Shown here: in pieces, positions 48,117 through 61,590 of the stretch | Position numbering within the stretch: the first letter of the stretch is position 1 | Layout: every line of letters begins with the position of its first letter | Translations under genes and position numbers: made by a program | Notes under the pieces: model-generated | What the model saw: the letters and a program-made list of their open reading frames with translations, nothing else | The model's database searches: none | What the model was told of the DNA's origin: nothing | Assembly: GCA_963695225.1 (NCBI GenBank) | Contig: OY968762.1 | Location: 1-64,000, forward strand | Length of the DNA: 64,000 bases | Direction of reading: 5' to 3' | Source of the DNA: Vulcanimicrobiota bacterium | GTDB taxonomy: Bacteria; Vulcanimicrobiota; Vulcanimicrobiia; Vulcanimicrobiales; Vulcanimicrobiaceae

Positions 48117-48671
48117 ATGCGACAACCTTCGAGCAGCCGCCCAACGACTGAGAATTCCGACGACGCCGGTCTCATCGTCGCGTTGCTCACGCGCTTTCCG
48201 GAGATCGCGACGTTGACCGCGTATCCGCTCGAAGGTACGTTGGAGCTTTCGTTCGTCGTCCGCGAACGGCTCGATCGGAAAGCGGAAGCGAGCTTGCGCG
48301 AGAGCGTCGGCGAGCACGTGCGTTCCTTGCTCGAACTGCACGGCGAGGCGCCGTCCCGGTCGGACGTCTTGCTGGAACGGGACGATCACTTGAGCTTCGT
48401 GCAGATCGTGCGCGACGCTGCGACCGTCACGCGCGAAGAACTCGGCGTGCTGACGGCGCTCTTGCGCGATCGCTTCGGCGAGCGGCTCGTGATGGGTCCG
48501 TCCGCCGACGTCGAGGATGAAGATCCGGCCGCGCAGGACGAGCTGGTCGACGTCGCGCTCGAGGCCCTGCGCGACCCCGAACAAAAGAAGAGCCTCGTCG
48601 GCTACCGCGAGGAGAGGGGCGTCCTCGTCTACTACATGCGCGCGCGGCGCCGTAAGGCGAGAGGACGATGA
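48117..48671 (+). CDS. Hypothetical protein
   Basis: GAGG RBS; host-like codon usage; apparent operon with the PHP gene. Confidence 0.7.
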   Translation: MRQPSSSRPTTENSDDAGLIVALLTRFPEIATLTAYPLEGTLELSFVVRERLDRKAEASLRESVGEHVRSLLELHGEAPSRSDVLLERDDHLSFVQIVRDAATVTREELGVLTALLRDRFGERLVMGPSADVEDEDPAAQDELVDVALEALRDPEQKKSLVGYREERGVLVYYMRARRRKARGR

Positions 48672-48701
48672 ACGCGGCTTCACGGTGGTGAAGAGCCGCG
48701 C

Positions 48702-49514
48702 ATGATCGTCGACTTCCACAGCCACACGCTCGAGAGCGACGGGACGCTGAGCCCGCAGGAACTCGGCGCGGCGATGCGCGCGCGCGGGGTCGAGATGTTC
48801 TCGATCACGGATCACGACACGCTCGGCGCGTACCGCACGCTCGGCGACGCCGGCGGCTCCGCGAAGCTGCTGACCGGGATCGAAATCAACACGACATATA
48901 GAGGAAACGAAGTCCACATCCTCGGCTACCGTTTGCCGCTGGAGGGAGAGTCGCAGTTGCACGAGCTGCTCGCCGCGAACCGGCAAGCTCGCGAGCGGCG
49001 CGTCGGCATGATGGTGGCGCAGTTGCGCGAGGCGGGCATCCCGCTCGAACTCGATGCGGTTCGCGCGGAAGCGGTCGCGAGCGATTCGATGGGCCGCCCG
49101 CACGTCGGGATGGCGCTCGTGCGCGGGGGCTTCGTCGGCTCGATCGAAGCGGCGTTTCGCGAACTGCTCGGGCGGGGAAAGCCGGGCTACGTGCCGTCGC
49201 ATCACGTGACGCCGCAGGTTGCGATCGCGGTGATCCGGCGCTCCGGCGGAATCCCGGTCCTCGCGCATCCGGGCCGGCTGAACGATTACTCGCTGATCGA
49301 CGAACTCGCGCCCGCGGGTCTACGCGGGTTGGAAGTCTTCTATCCGACGCACGATCGCAATCAGATCGCCCACTTTCGTAAGAAGGCGGCGCAGCTCAAA
49401 CTCGTCGCGACCGCGGGCTCCGATTTCCACGATATCCGCTGGAACAAGGGCGGAGTCGGCATCGAAATCGAGGAGCGCGACATAGCGCCGTTCCTCGAAC
49501 TCGCCTTCGCCTGA
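48702..49514 (+). CDS. PHP-domain metal-dependent phosphoesterase
   Basis: DFHSHT.ESDG, ITDHDT, GRPH, LAHP, GSDFH. Confidence 0.92.
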   Translation: MIVDFHSHTLESDGTLSPQELGAAMRARGVEMFSITDHDTLGAYRTLGDAGGSAKLLTGIEINTTYRGNEVHILGYRLPLEGESQLHELLAANRQARERRVGMMVAQLREAGIPLELDAVRAEAVASDSMGRPHVGMALVRGGFVGSIEAAFRELLGRGKPGYVPSHHVTPQVAIAVIRRSGGIPVLAHPGRLNDYSLIDELAPAGLRGLEVFYPTHDRNQIAHFRKKAAQLKLVATAGSDFHDIRWNKGGVGIEIEERDIAPFLELAFA

Positions 49515-49522
49515 GGCCCATG

Positions 49523-51567
<2,045 letters not shown>

Positions 51568-51570
51568 GCA

Positions 51571-52800
51571 ATGGGACACCGTAGACTCTTCACCTCGGAA
51601 TCGGTCACCGAGGGCCATCCGGATAAGCTCGCCGACCAGATCTCGGACGCCGTCCTCGACGCGATCCTCAAGGACGACCCGCACGGTCGCGTCGCGTGCG
51701 AGACGTTCGCGATCACCGGCCAGATCCACATTGCGGGCGAGATCTCGACGAAAACCTACATCGACATCCCGAAGATCGTGCGGAACACGATCCGCGAAGT
51801 CGGCTACACGAAATCGTCGGTCGGGTTCGACGCCGAAACGTGCGGCGTCTCCGTCTCCGTCGACGAACAGTCGGCCGATATCGCGCTCGGCGTCGATAAG
51901 TCGTACGAAGCGAAGGCGACCGGCCACGACGATCCGTTCGAGCTGACCGGCGCGGGCGACCAAGGGATGATGTTCGGCTACGCGTGCCGCGAGACGGATG
52001 CGCTGATGCCGCTGCCGATCACGCTCGCGCACGATCTCACCCGGCAACTCGCGGCAGCGCGCAAGAACGGTGAGATCTCGTACCTTCGCCCCGACGGCAA
52101 GAGCCAGGTGACCGTGGAGTACGACGGCCACCGCCCGATTCGCGTCGACGCCGTCGTCATCTCGACGCAGCACGATCCTGACGTTTCGCTCGACGTCATC
52201 CGCCGCGAAATTCGCGAACGATTGATCGATCACGTGATTCCGCAGTCGCTGCGCGACAAGGACTTGCGCGTCTACATCAATCCGACGGGACGTTTCGTCA
52301 TCGGCGGCCCCAAGGGCGACGCCGGCCTGACCGGGCGTAAGATCATCGCCGACACGTACGGCGGGATGGCGCGGCACGGGGGCGGTGCGTTCTCCGGGAA
52401 GGACCCGACGAAGGTCGACCGCTCCGGTGCCTATGCGGCGCGCCACGTCGCGAAGAACGTCGTGGCGGCGGGCTTGGCGGATCGCTGCGAAGTGCAGGTC
52501 GCGTATGCGATCGGCGTCGCTCGCCCCGTCAGCGTGCTCGTCGAAACGTTCGGGACGTCGAACGTCGACGAAGGGAAGATTGCGAAGCTCGTGCAGCAGC
52601 ACTTCGACCTGCGTCCGGCGGCGATCATCCACAACCTGGATCTGCTCCGGCCGATCTACCAGCAGACCGCTTCATACGGGCACTTCGGGCGGATCGATCT
52701 CGACCTGCCGTGGGAGCGCCTCGACAAGGCGCAGGAACTCCGCGAAGCCGCGGGACTCAAAGGCGATTTCGCCAACGAGCTCGTGACGATCGCCGGCTGA
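51571..52800 (+). CDS. metK: S-adenosylmethionine synthetase
   Basis: [28 protein letters not shown]. Confidence 0.98.
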   Translation: MGHRRLFTSESVTEGHPDKLADQISDAVLDAILKDDPHGRVACETFAITGQIHIAGEISTKTYIDIPKIVRNTIREVGYTKSSVGFDAETCGVSVSVDEQSADIALGVDKSYEAKATGHDDPFELTGAGDQGMMFGYACRETDALMPLPITLAHDLTRQLAAARKNGEISYLRPDGKSQVTVEYDGHRPIRVDAVVISTQHDPDVSLDVIRREIRERLIDHVIPQSLRDKDLRVYINPTGRFVIGGPKGDAGLTGRKIIADTYGGMARHGGGAFSGKDPTKVDRSGAYAARHVAKNVVAAGLADRCEVQVAYAIGVARPVSVLVETFGTSNVDEGKIAKLVQQHFDLRPAAIIHNLDLLRPIYQQTASYGHFGRIDLDLPWERLDKAQELREAAGLKGDFANELVTIAG

Positions 52801-52840
52801 GGCCGAAAATGCAGCCGACGGAGAGGGGTGCCGCGTAGCG

Positions 52841-53710
52841 GTGCCCCTCTCCGTCCTTTCGCTGGTCTTCCTTTCGGCGCTGCTGCACGCGACCTGGAAC
52901 CTTTATGCGAAGCGCTCCTCCGGCGGCTTCGTCTTCGTATGGCTGACGAACCTCGTCGCCGTGGCGTGGCTTGTCCCGCTCGCGTCTTGCCTGCTCTACG
53001 GCGAGCGAGCGGCGATCCTCGCGCACCTGCCCGCACTGATGCTCGCGGCCGCGCTGACGAGCACGTTCCATCTGAGCTATACGCTCATGCTGTTGCGCGC
53101 CTACCGCAGCGGAGATCTCTCGGTCGTCTACCCGGTCGTGCGCGGAACGGGGCCGCTGCTCTCGGCGATCGTCGGGGTCGCCGCGTTCCGGGAACCGGCG
53201 AACGCGTTCACCATCGCGGGGACGATCATGATCGTCGGAGCGAGCTTCGCGATCGGAATCGACCGGCGCGCACGAGAGCAGGGGCACGTCGCCGGGGCGT
53301 TCGCGTTCGGCGTCCTCACCGGAGCGATGCTGTCGTGCTACACGCTCTGGGATAAGTTCGCGGTATCGAACCTCGGCTTCGCCCCGCTCGCCTACTTTGC
53401 CGCGAACATCGCGATCCAGACGCTCGTCTCGGCGCCGCTCGCGCTGCGCGAAGGGGGAAGGCCGCTCGCGGAATGGCGCGCGAACCGCACGCAGGTTCTC
53501 GTCGTCGGGATCCTGAGCCCGCTTGCGTACCTGTTGATCCTGTTCGCCCTCGCCGCTGCGCCCGTCAGCCTCGTCGCGCCCATGCGCGAGCTGAGCATCG
53601 TGATCGCGGTCGTGCTCGGCCGGATCGTCCTAGCGGAGCCGGTCGGACGCCGGCGAGCGATCGCGGGCGTCGTGATCGCGCTCGGCGTCATCGCGCTCTC
53701 GCGCGGTTGA
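52841..53710 (+). CDS. EamA/DMT-family transporter
   Basis: SALLHATWN, AYRSGDLSVVYP, MRELSIV; about 10 TM helices. Confidence 0.9.
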   Translation: MPLSVLSLVFLSALLHATWNLYAKRSSGGFVFVWLTNLVAVAWLVPLASCLLYGERAAILAHLPALMLAAALTSTFHLSYTLMLLRAYRSGDLSVVYPVVRGTGPLLSAIVGVAAFREPANAFTIAGTIMIVGASFAIGIDRRAREQGHVAGAFAFGVLTGAMLSCYTLWDKFAVSNLGFAPLAYFAANIAIQTLVSAPLALREGGRPLAEWRANRTQVLVVGILSPLAYLLILFALAAAPVSLVAPMRELSIVIAVVLGRIVLAEPVGRRRAIAGVVIALGVIALSRG

Positions 53711-53723
53711 CGCGCTCGCGCGT

Positions 53724-55025
53724 TCAGCGGCGCTCGAAATTGCGGGGCAAGCCCGACCATGCGCCGTCGTAATCGGCCTGCAATAGCGACGTCTCCAGCG
53801 CGAAGCGCGTCGGCGCTATCGGGAGCCGCGTCTCGAACATGAAGGCGAGCGTCCCTGCGAGGTATTCCGGCACGAGCTCGGCCTTCGCCGCCGCATCGTA
53901 GGCGCCGGCGTCCGGGCCGTGCGCCGCCATGCAGTTGTGCAGGCTCCCGCTGCCCGGCAGGAACCCTTCGAGCTTCGCCTCGTACGTGCCGCGGATGAGC
54001 CCCATGTACTCGCTCATCACGTTGCGATGGAACCAGGGCGGGCGGAACGTGTGTTCCGCGACGGCCCAGCGCGGCGGGAAGATGACAAAATCGACGTTCG
54101 CGGTCCCCGCGAGCGGCGACGGCGAGGTCAGGACCGTGAAGATCGAAGGGTCCGCATGATCGTAGCTGACGGTGTTCACGGCCATGAAGAGCGAGAGATC
54201 GTACTTGTACGGCGCGTAGTTGCCGTGCCACGCGACGACGTCGAGCGGCGAGCGATCGTACTCGGCGGCCCATAGGTTCCCCGCGAACTTCACGACGACG
54301 TGCACGGGCTCTTCACGATCCTCGAACGCGGCGACGGGAGCCAAGAAATCGCGCGGATTCGCGAGGCCGTTCGCGCCGATGGCCCCGAGTTCGGGGAGGC
54401 GGAAGAGCGGGCCGTAGTTCTCGCAGAGGTAGCCGCGGGCGCTGCCGTCGGGGAGTTCGACGCGGAACTTCACGCCCCGCGGGATGACGCAGCACTCGCC
54501 CGGCGAGAGCGAGAGAATCCCGAACTCGGTCGGAATCCGCAGGCGCCCCTCCTGCGGGAGGATCAGGAGTTCGCCGTCGGCGTTCGAGAAGAAGCGGTCG
54601 TACATCGAGGCGCTTGCGGCGTAGAGGTGGATCGCCGCCCCCGATTGCGCACGCACGTCGCCGTTCCCGCCGAACGTGACGAGCGAATCGACGAAGTCCT
54701 TATCTTCGCTGCCGAAGGGGAGCGGATTCCAGCGCAGGCGGTTCGGCGGCAGTTCGACGTCGTCGAACGGTGCGCTGCAGAGAAGCCCGTTCTCGATGCG
54801 CGAGTAGGCGGCGTGCGCCGCCGAGGGCCGGATGCGATAGAGCCACGAGCGGCGGTTCTCCGCCCGCGGGGCCGTGAACGCCGTCCCGCTGAGCTGCTCC
54901 GCGTAGAGTCCGAGCGGAGCTTGCTGCGGCGAGTTTTGACCGGAGGGGAGAGCCCCTTCGATCGCCTCGCTCGCATGGTGGTTCGCGAATCCGGCCAGGT
55001 AAGGGGCCGTGCGTTCGAGCCTCAT
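53724..55025 (-). CDS. hmgA: Homogentisate 1,2-dioxygenase
   Basis: [38 protein letters not shown]. Confidence 0.97.
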   Translation of the reverse strand: MRLERTAPYLAGFANHHASEAIEGALPSGQNSPQQAPLGLYAEQLSGTAFTAPRAENRRSWLYRIRPSAAHAAYSRIENGLLCSAPFDDVELPPNRLRWNPLPFGSEDKDFVDSLVTFGGNGDVRAQSGAAIHLYAASASMYDRFFSNADGELLILPQEGRLRIPTEFGILSLSPGECCVIPRGVKFRVELPDGSARGYLCENYGPLFRLPELGAIGANGLANPRDFLAPVAAFEDREEPVHVVVKFAGNLWAAEYDRSPLDVVAWHGNYAPYKYDLSLFMAVNTVSYDHADPSIFTVLTSPSPLAGTANVDFVIFPPRWAVAEHTFRPPWFHRNVMSEYMGLIRGTYEAKLEGFLPGSGSLHNCMAAHGPDAGAYDAAAKAELVPEYLAGTLAFMFETRLPIAPTRFALETSLLQADYDGAWSGLPRNFERR

Positions 55026-55114
55026 ACGTTCCGCCTTCCAGGGAAAGCGCGTCCGCGAACCTTTTCACGGGGCGTGCGGCGCAGCCCCGTCGCCCGCCGG
55101 GATCGGCGCCGCGG

Positions 55115-55147
55115 AAAAAGGCCCGGATGCGCTCTGCATCCGGGCCT
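55115..55147 (-). terminator. Intrinsic terminator after the aldehyde dehydrogenase gene
   Basis: 12-bp stem AGGCCCGGATGC/GCATCCGGGCCT with a U-tract on the minus strand. Confidence 0.7.
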
Positions 55148-55171
55148 CGCGGCTTTCTGGCGCGCTGCGTG

Positions 55172-56716
55172 CTAGAAGAAGCCCATCGCCTTGGGGCTGT
55201 AGCTGACCAGCGCGTTCTTCGTTTGCTGATAGTGGTCCAGCGCGTTGCTGTGGGTCTCGCGCCCGATCCCCGATTGCTTGTAGCCGCCGAACGCCGCGTG
55301 AGCTGGATAGAGGTGGTAGCAGTTAATCCAGACGCGACCCGCCTGGATGCCGCGAGCGAGACGATAGTTGCGATTCGAATCGCGGCTCCACACGCCGGCG
55401 CCGAGGCCGTAGAGCGTGTCGTTGGCGATCTGGAGCGCCTCGGCTTCGTCCTTGAACGTCGTTACGGAGACGACCGGCCCGAAGATCTCCTCTTGGAAGA
55501 TGCGCATCTTGTTGTTGCCGCTGAAGACCGTCGGCTTGACGTAGAAGCCTTCCCGAAATTCGCCGCCGAGCACGTTGCGCTCGCCGCCCGTCAGGACCTT
55601 CGCACCCTCGTTCTTCCCGATCTCGATGTACGAGAGGATCTTTTCGAGCTGCTCGCTCGAGGCTTGCGCGCCGAGCATCGTCGCGGGGTCGAGCGGGCTC
55701 CCTTGCTTTACGAGCGCGACGCGCGCGAGAGCTCGCTCCATGAACTTGTCGTAGATCGATTCTTGGATGAGCACGCGAGACGGACACGTGCAGACCTCGC
55801 CCTGATTGAGCGCGAACATCGTGAAGCCTTCGAGCGCCTTATCGAAGAAGTCGTCATCCTCGGCGCAGACGTCGGCGAAGAAGATGTTCGGCGACTTCCC
55901 GCCGAGTTCGAGCGTCACCGGGATCAGGTTCTGCGCGGCATAGCCCATGATCAAGCGGCCGGTCGAGGTTTCCCCGGTGAACGCGATCTTCGCGATCCGC
56001 GGGCTCGAGGCGAGCGGCTTGCCCGCTTCCAAGCCGTAACCGTTGACGACGTTCAGGACGCCGGGCGGGAGCAGGTCCGCGATCAGTTCCATCCAGAGCA
56101 TGACGGAGGCCGGCGTCTGTTCGGCCGGCTTGAGGACGACGCAATTTCCTGCGGCGAGCGCCGGCGCGAGTTTCCAGGTCGCCATCAGAACGGGGAAGTT
56201 CCACGGGATGATCTGCCCGACGACGCCGAGCGGCTCGTGGAAGTGGTACGCGATCGTGTTGTGATCGATCTCGCTGATCCCGCCCTCTTGCGCGCGGATC
56301 GCGGCTGCGAAGTAGCGGAAGTGATCGATCGCGAGCGGGATGTCGGCGGCCGTCGTTTCGCGGATCGGCTTGCCGTTGTCGATGGTCTCGGCGAGAGCGA
56401 GGACGTCGAGCTTCGCTTCCATCCGGTCGGCGATCTTGTTGAGGATGTTGGAGCGTTCCGTCGCCGTGGTGCGGCCCCACTTTTCGCGGGCGGCGTGCGC
56501 CGCATCGAGCGCGAGCTCGATGTCTTCGGCCGTGGAACGGGCGACTTCGCAGAACGGCATCCCGACGATCGGGCTGACGTTCGGGAAGTATTCTCCCTTC
56601 ACGGGCGGGGTCGATTTGCCGCCGATGAAGTTGTCGTAACGCTGTCGATAAGGACTCTTGATTCCGAGCTTGTCGAAATCGTAGAACGTGGCGCGTTCCA
56701 GCTCTGCAATGCTCAC
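55172..56716 (-). CDS. aldB: Aldehyde dehydrogenase (AldB/AcoD-like)
   Basis: [40 protein letters not shown] before GTG. Confidence 0.9.
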   Translation of the reverse strand: MSIAELERATFYDFDKLGIKSPYRQRYDNFIGGKSTPPVKGEYFPNVSPIVGMPFCEVARSTAEDIELALDAAHAAREKWGRTTATERSNILNKIADRMEAKLDVLALAETIDNGKPIRETTAADIPLAIDHFRYFAAAIRAQEGGISEIDHNTIAYHFHEPLGVVGQIIPWNFPVLMATWKLAPALAAGNCVVLKPAEQTPASVMLWMELIADLLPPGVLNVVNGYGLEAGKPLASSPRIAKIAFTGETSTGRLIMGYAAQNLIPVTLELGGKSPNIFFADVCAEDDDFFDKALEGFTMFALNQGEVCTCPSRVLIQESIYDKFMERALARVALVKQGSPLDPATMLGAQASSEQLEKILSYIEIGKNEGAKVLTGGERNVLGGEFREGFYVKPTVFSGNNKMRIFQEEIFGPVVSVTTFKDEAEALQIANDTLYGLGAGVWSRDSNRNYRLARGIQAGRVWINCYHLYPAHAAFGGYKQSGIGRETHSNALDHYQQTKNALVSYSPKAMGFF

Positions 56717-57022
56717 GGTTCTCTCCTGTCGTCCTAGGTGGGTACAGCGGCCGCCCCTGCAATGAGGCGTAGGCTTGCCTCGGTGCGGCGCTCTCGTGAC
56801 CGAGAAGGCGGCTTCGCTGTAGGAAAAGTCGTACCCCCCGATGCTGGGATGAGAATCCATCCGGAGGATAATAGTTCCGACGACCATACGGCCCGAGAGT
56901 GCCGGACGGAGTTCCAACCCAACCAGGCCGTATGCGCGACACCGCCGCAGGCTTCGCGGGGGAGGGTGCGCGGCGGGCGCGTTGAAGCTGGGCTAGTCGC
57001 CGGGGGCGACGGGAGCGATCGT

Positions 57023-57098
57023 TCCCGAATAGCTCAGTTGGTAGAGCAGCTGACTGTTAATCAGCGGGTCGTTGGTTCGAGTCCAACTTCGGGAGCCA
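57023..57098 (+). tRNA. tRNA-Asn(GTT)
   Basis: TCCCGAA/TTCGGGA acceptor stem, GCTGA-CTGTTAA-TCAGC anticodon arm, T-loop TTCGAGT, encoded CCA; 76 nt. Confidence 0.97.
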
Positions 57099-57106
57099 TG
57101 TCTGAG

Positions 57107-57141
57107 GAAACCCCGTGGATCCAAGCGTTTCACGGGGTTTC
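57107..57141 (+). terminator. Hairpin immediately after tRNA-Asn
   Basis: GAAACCCCGTG/CACGGGGTTTC 11-bp stem. Confidence 0.55.
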
Positions 57142-57328
57142 TGATCTTTTCGCGAATGCGTTTGCAATCCGCGCACACAGTTGCGCATCCAGTTGACCCG
57201 CGGACGGTCACCTTGGATCGACAGCCGGCGTCATAGCCGTTGAGCGTTCCGGCGCGATAGGCGCCCCAGATCACCGCGGAGCACTAAGGCAGCCCGGCGT
57301 GGGGGCTTCTGGCCTTAGCAGGGGCGTA

Positions 57329-57413
57329 TGTTCATAAATACGTGTCGCTGGGAACTTCATGTGTTCATATATATATGCTATACTGCATATTGTCAGGACA
57401 TTTATATATGAAC
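57329..57413 (+). promoter_or_regulatory. AT-rich promoter/operator of the XRE-Fic pair
   Basis: TGcTATACT (-10 at 57379-57384) between inverted GTTCATATATA (57363) and TATATATGAAC (57403); third half-site at 57330. Confidence 0.6.
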
Positions 57414-57887
57414 GCAAGTCAAGCTGCCCTTGCCCGCAAGCAATTGGAACGGCGCCTTGCGCCCCTCAGGGAGATGACGCTCGTTGCTCCTCCAAGAGGC
57501 TGGATCAAGGCCATTCGGGAGTCCTTGGGCATGACTGCTCGCCAACTCGCCGCCCGTATGGGCGTCGCACCCTCGCGCATCCCGGTCATCGAAAAAGCGG
57601 AAGTCACCGGCTCGACCACGTTGAGGACGCTGCGGCAGGCTGCCGCAGCCATGAACTGTGCCTTCGTCTATGCATTCGTGCCGATAGAACCGCTCGACGA
57701 GGTACTGCGCGAGCGCGCGATGCACAAGGTGCGGAAGGACGTCTCGCGCCTCGATCACACCATGCGCCTTGAAAACCAGGCACTGCTCTCATCCGATCTC
57801 GACGCTGAGCAAGAGCGCACGATCGACCTCATCCTATCCGGCTCTCTACGGGGCTTGTGGGACGAGGAACTGGACCATCATGCCTGA
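57408..57887 (+). CDS. Mobile mystery protein A (XRE HTH)
   Basis: PPRGWIKAIRESLGMT..QLA.RMGV; TMRLENQ. Confidence 0.9.
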   Translation: MNASQAALARKQLERRLAPLREMTLVAPPRGWIKAIRESLGMTARQLAARMGVAPSRIPVIEKAEVTGSTTLRTLRQAAAAMNCAFVYAFVPIEPLDEVLRERAMHKVRKDVSRLDHTMRLENQALLSSDLDAEQERTIDLILSGSLRGLWDEELDHHA

Positions 57888-58470
57888 TCCTCTGCTGGAT
57901 CGTGACGATGACGCGAATACGCCCCTCACCGTCGAAGAGCGCGAAGCGCTTATCCCGTCCTACATCACGTTGCGACACGAGCTGAATGAAGCCGAACAGG
58001 TCAATATCGGCGCGGCTCTACGCTGGGCCGATGCGCGTAGGCGCGATGTCCTCGATCGAGATTTTCTGAGCGAACTGCACCGACGGATGTTCGGAGACGT
58101 GTGGCGTTGGGCGGGGCATTATCGTACGACCGCCCGCAATATCGGCGTCGAGGTCCATCGGATCGCCATGGACGTGCAGCAAGCCATCGACGATGCGCGA
58201 TACTGGGTCGAACATGCTAGCTATCCGCCCGACGAAATCGCCGTGCGGTTCAGCCACCGCCTCGTTGCCATTCATCCTTTCCCGAATGGAAACGGGCGCT
58301 TTTCGCGCCTTGTCGGCGATCTTCTCGCCGGCCAGCTCGGACAGGCGCCCTTCACCTGGGGACGAGTGAACTTGGTCAATGCCGGGGAGACCCGTGCGCG
58401 ATACATAGAGACTCTACGAGCCGCCGACAATCACGATATCGGACCGTTACTGCTCTTTGCTCGGTCCTGA
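57880..58470 (+). CDS. Mobile mystery protein B (Fic domain)
   Basis: LHRRMFGDVWRWAG; HPFPNGNGRFSR. Confidence 0.92.
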   Translation: MPDPLLDRDDDANTPLTVEEREALIPSYITLRHELNEAEQVNIGAALRWADARRRDVLDRDFLSELHRRMFGDVWRWAGHYRTTARNIGVEVHRIAMDVQQAIDDARYWVEHASYPPDEIAVRFSHRLVAIHPFPNGNGRFSRLVGDLLAGQLGQAPFTWGRVNLVNAGETRARYIETLRAADNHDIGPLLLFARS

Positions 58471-58696
58471 GCGTTCGGGCAAGAAGCTAGCCGCCATCAG
58501 GCGATTAGGTTTGCTCAGCACATGCGAAGGCGTATTGAGTGCCTGGAGCTGAAATGTACAAAGAGAAGACCTGCGGCCGTGGTGATCTGAGATCACCATT
58601 TCGCGCCAGCGGAGATCTTCGACGCGATTGGCTGGGAACGCGGACTGCCGGAGACCATTCGCTTCGATCATGGAGCCTCTCCGATTCGGCACCGCT

Positions 58697-58925
58697 CTAA
58701 CGCTCGGCCGCCTGCTCGCCGCGTGCGGCGTTCGGTAGCAGCAGCGTGACCAAGAAGAACACCGGGATGAGCGCATACACGACGACTGCCGCCATCGGTT
58801 CCACGAGCGCCAGTGCGCCGGCCAGCGGATAGCCGGCGATACTCACGAGCGCGCGACGTGCCCCTGCGCTCATGTAGAGCATCGCGCGCTCATCCTCACC
58901 GAAGACGACGACGGGACGGCGCACG
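58697..58925 (-). pseudogene. Small membrane-protein ORF or C-terminal remnant
   Basis: Two short hydrophobic helices; no clear start. Confidence 0.25.
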
Positions 58926-58928
58926 CGT

Positions 58929-59726
58929 TCAGCGCGGTTCCACGTACAGAGCTTGGTTTGCGACGCCGAGGTAGCCGCGGGCATCCGCGAGCGAGGCGTG
59001 CGTCACGCCGACGCCGTCGTCGCTCAACGTAGTCCGCGCGCTCATGAACGTCCAGTCGCCTTCCGGGTAGCGGTGCAGCGCAACCGAGAGCGAGGGCGGC
59101 ACAAACAGCCAATCCCGGAACGGCAATTCCGGGCTCATCCCGTTCGCGGAATCGACGGCGATGAGGAGCCGGTCGATCGGCCTGAGCGGCACGCCTTCGA
59201 CGAGCGGAACGCGCACCCGCGTCCACACTTGCGACGGGCCTACGCCGGCGAGCCCCGTACCGCAGACGAAACGCCACTCGATGGCCGCGCCGTAGCCGAA
59301 CTCGTGGAACGAACCGTGCGCCTCATGCGGGGGCAGCGCGGGAACCTCGCCGGGCTCGCTGATCCCGGGCGGCACGCTTCCGCGCGCCTGCACGGCGACG
59401 CGCCAAATGCGCGCGACGACGACGTCCCGGCCGCGAGCTTCGAGGATCCCCTCGAGCAACTCGACGCGCCTGCCGGGGCGCACCACGCGCGTCCGGACGC
59501 GACAGACGTCTCTCGGGATGCCGCCCAGGAAATCCACGGCGATGCGGGCGATCCGCATCGAATCCCGCGGATGATCTTCCACGAGCGCCCACGCCAGCAG
59601 GGCCGTCGCAGGCCCGCCGTGCTGCAGATCTCGATCCCAGGGGCTCATCGTCGCTTCGGTCGCCCGAAAGACGTCCACCTCGACGCGTTCGTAGAACGCC
59701 TTGGGTCCGGCTGCGGCTGCACTCAT
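58929..59726 (-). CDS. Double hot-dog thioesterase family protein
   Basis: SPW...QHGGP, VVRPGRRVEL, DSANG. Confidence 0.85.
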   Translation of the reverse strand: MSAAAAGPKAFYERVEVDVFRATEATMSPWDRDLQHGGPATALLAWALVEDHPRDSMRIARIAVDFLGGIPRDVCRVRTRVVRPGRRVELLEGILEARGRDVVVARIWRVAVQARGSVPPGISEPGEVPALPPHEAHGSFHEFGYGAAIEWRFVCGTGLAGVGPSQVWTRVRVPLVEGVPLRPIDRLLIAVDSANGMSPELPFRDWLFVPPSLSVALHRYPEGDWTFMSARTTLSDDGVGVTHASLADARGYLGVANQALYVEPR

Positions 59727-59811
59727 CCGGCTTTGGTTGGGCGTCCGGGCCCCGAACCTTCCCGGGGCTGCGCCGGGAGGCCGCCGTTCGAACGCGCGTG
59801 AAACACTGCGC

Positions 59812-60732
59812 ATGCTTCGAGCGCTGCTCATATCGCTCTGTCTTCTTGGCGTGCCTGCGGCCGCGCTCGCGCAGGCCGGTCCCGCGGCGCCCGCGGCAAC
59901 CGTCACGCCCGCTGCCTCCGTCACGCTTGCCGAACCCGCAGAACCTGCCGAGCCCGGACCGTGGGCGGTCCCGGCGAGCGTCATGCTGCCGCGACGGATC
60001 CCCGCGGAGCCGATCGGCGACTGGGCGCCCGCCGACGGCCGAGACACGATCTCGCTCGACGTCGACGGCGTGACGTTGCGCGGGTTCTCGTATGCCGGTA
60101 GCGACCCGGCGATGCCGACGCTGCTGTTCTTCGAAGGCGATCGGGGACGGGACGGCGCCTGCGACGCATTCTTCCGAGCGATCGCGAAGCTCGGGCCGCG
60201 CGTCGTCGTTTTCGACTACCGCGGCTACGGATTCAGCGCAGGCACACCCGACGTTTCGACATTCGAAAGCGACGGATTGCGCATCTTCGATTCGCTCTCC
60301 GCAGGCGGTACGTCGCGCGTTGCGGTGATGGGATACTCGCTCGGCACAGGTATAGCAACCTCGATCGCGCTGCGAAGGACGACCGTCGGGTTGCTTCTTG
60401 CGTCGCCGTTCGCGAGCGCGAAGGAAGTGTTGCCCGTCTACATGTCGGCGCTGAGCGTGCCTGCGCGCGACGTGCGGTACGTGATGCCGTCATACGGTTT
60501 CGCCGAACTCACCGACAACGCGAAGCGCGTTGCGAAGACGCAGGTACCGCTGCTTGTCATTCACGGATCGGACGATACGATCGTTCCGGTCGCTCAAGGG
60601 CGTGAAGTTTTCGAAGCAAGCCGCGCTGCAACGAAACGCATGGTCGAAGTTCTCGGGGCGAGGCACGACGACGTGCTCGGCTCGCCCGCAACGCTATACG
60701 CGATCGAGCGATTCCTCGCACTCTTGCGCTGA
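59812..60732 (+). CDS. Exported alpha/beta hydrolase
   Basis: Signal peptide; DYRGYG, GYSLG, IHGSDD, GARHDD. Confidence 0.88.
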   Translation: MLRALLISLCLLGVPAAALAQAGPAAPAATVTPAASVTLAEPAEPAEPGPWAVPASVMLPRRIPAEPIGDWAPADGRDTISLDVDGVTLRGFSYAGSDPAMPTLLFFEGDRGRDGACDAFFRAIAKLGPRVVVFDYRGYGFSAGTPDVSTFESDGLRIFDSLSAGGTSRVAVMGYSLGTGIATSIALRRTTVGLLLASPFASAKEVLPVYMSALSVPARDVRYVMPSYGFAELTDNAKRVAKTQVPLLVIHGSDDTIVPVAQGREVFEASRAATKRMVEVLGARHDDVLGSPATLYAIERFLALLR

Positions 60733-61018
60733 GGTATCGCCGGAGCGGGGCGCGCTGCGATCGTTTGGTCGGCGGAACTGCGGACTAAGGTTTGCGACTT
60801 CGTGCGTGCCGGAACCGATGTTGCACGACGCGCGTCGAATCTCGCATCCGGAGATTTTCCACGAGTTCGGGTTCTCCCGGAATTGTGCGCGACGGCCAAC
60901 ATGGCACTCACGCTCCGCGTGGTCGCCGAGTTCGCCGCATGAGAGTGATACGCTCGACCGACGGGCGGCTGGGACTCGTGTTGCCTTCGGAAACTCATTT
61001 TGCGTTTGGAGATGAATC

Positions 61019-61225
61019 ATGGAGAATGTCAGCCGCCGTACGGCATCGGGAATTAGCGATAGCGTCCCATCGGATCCCGGTTTCGGTTTCCTGTTCACGA
61101 TCGTTGGGATCGTGCAGATTGTAACGATCGTATGCGTTTTCGTCTCGGTCGGGCGGCACACCGTTTCCGATCGGCCGCCGCAGATTAGTTCTCAGCCGAG
61201 TTATTCGGTAACCACGGGCGCGTAG
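61019..61225 (+). CDS. Small single-TM protein
   Basis: GGAG RBS; paralogous to 61591-61932. Confidence 0.55.
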   Translation: MENVSRRTASGISDSVPSDPGFGFLFTIVGIVQIVTIVCVFVSVGRHTVSDRPPQISSQPSYSVTTGA

Positions 61226-61590
61226 CGCGCATCGCAGGGCGCGCAACGATCAAGCACGATCCTCGACGTTCGCGGGTGGAGGGCTGCGTCGCGTGTTCGC
61301 ATTACCGCGCGGGCGCCGCACCTGCGAGCGATGAGCTGAGCTAGCGCTTTAGACGAGCGAGCGAGGGACCGGTACTGCGCGCGGGAACCGGCCGCCCGCC
61401 GGGCGCGTCAAAGTTGCGTCTCCGAGAAACTCTCCGGCGACGTCGCCTTCCGGAGGTATCGCGAAAAGCGAGCTTCGGGATTCGGTGATCTCGCTCGAAC
61501 CCTCGTTGCCGGGCTTGCAAGCGCGGCGACGCGGAGTTTCGCGCTCGTCGCGAGCGTTCGGAACCTTCTGCACCCCCAGGGAGAATTCCG

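Noticed and set aside
55127..56737. 536-aa plus-strand ORF
   Set aside because: Antisense shadow of the aldehyde dehydrogenase
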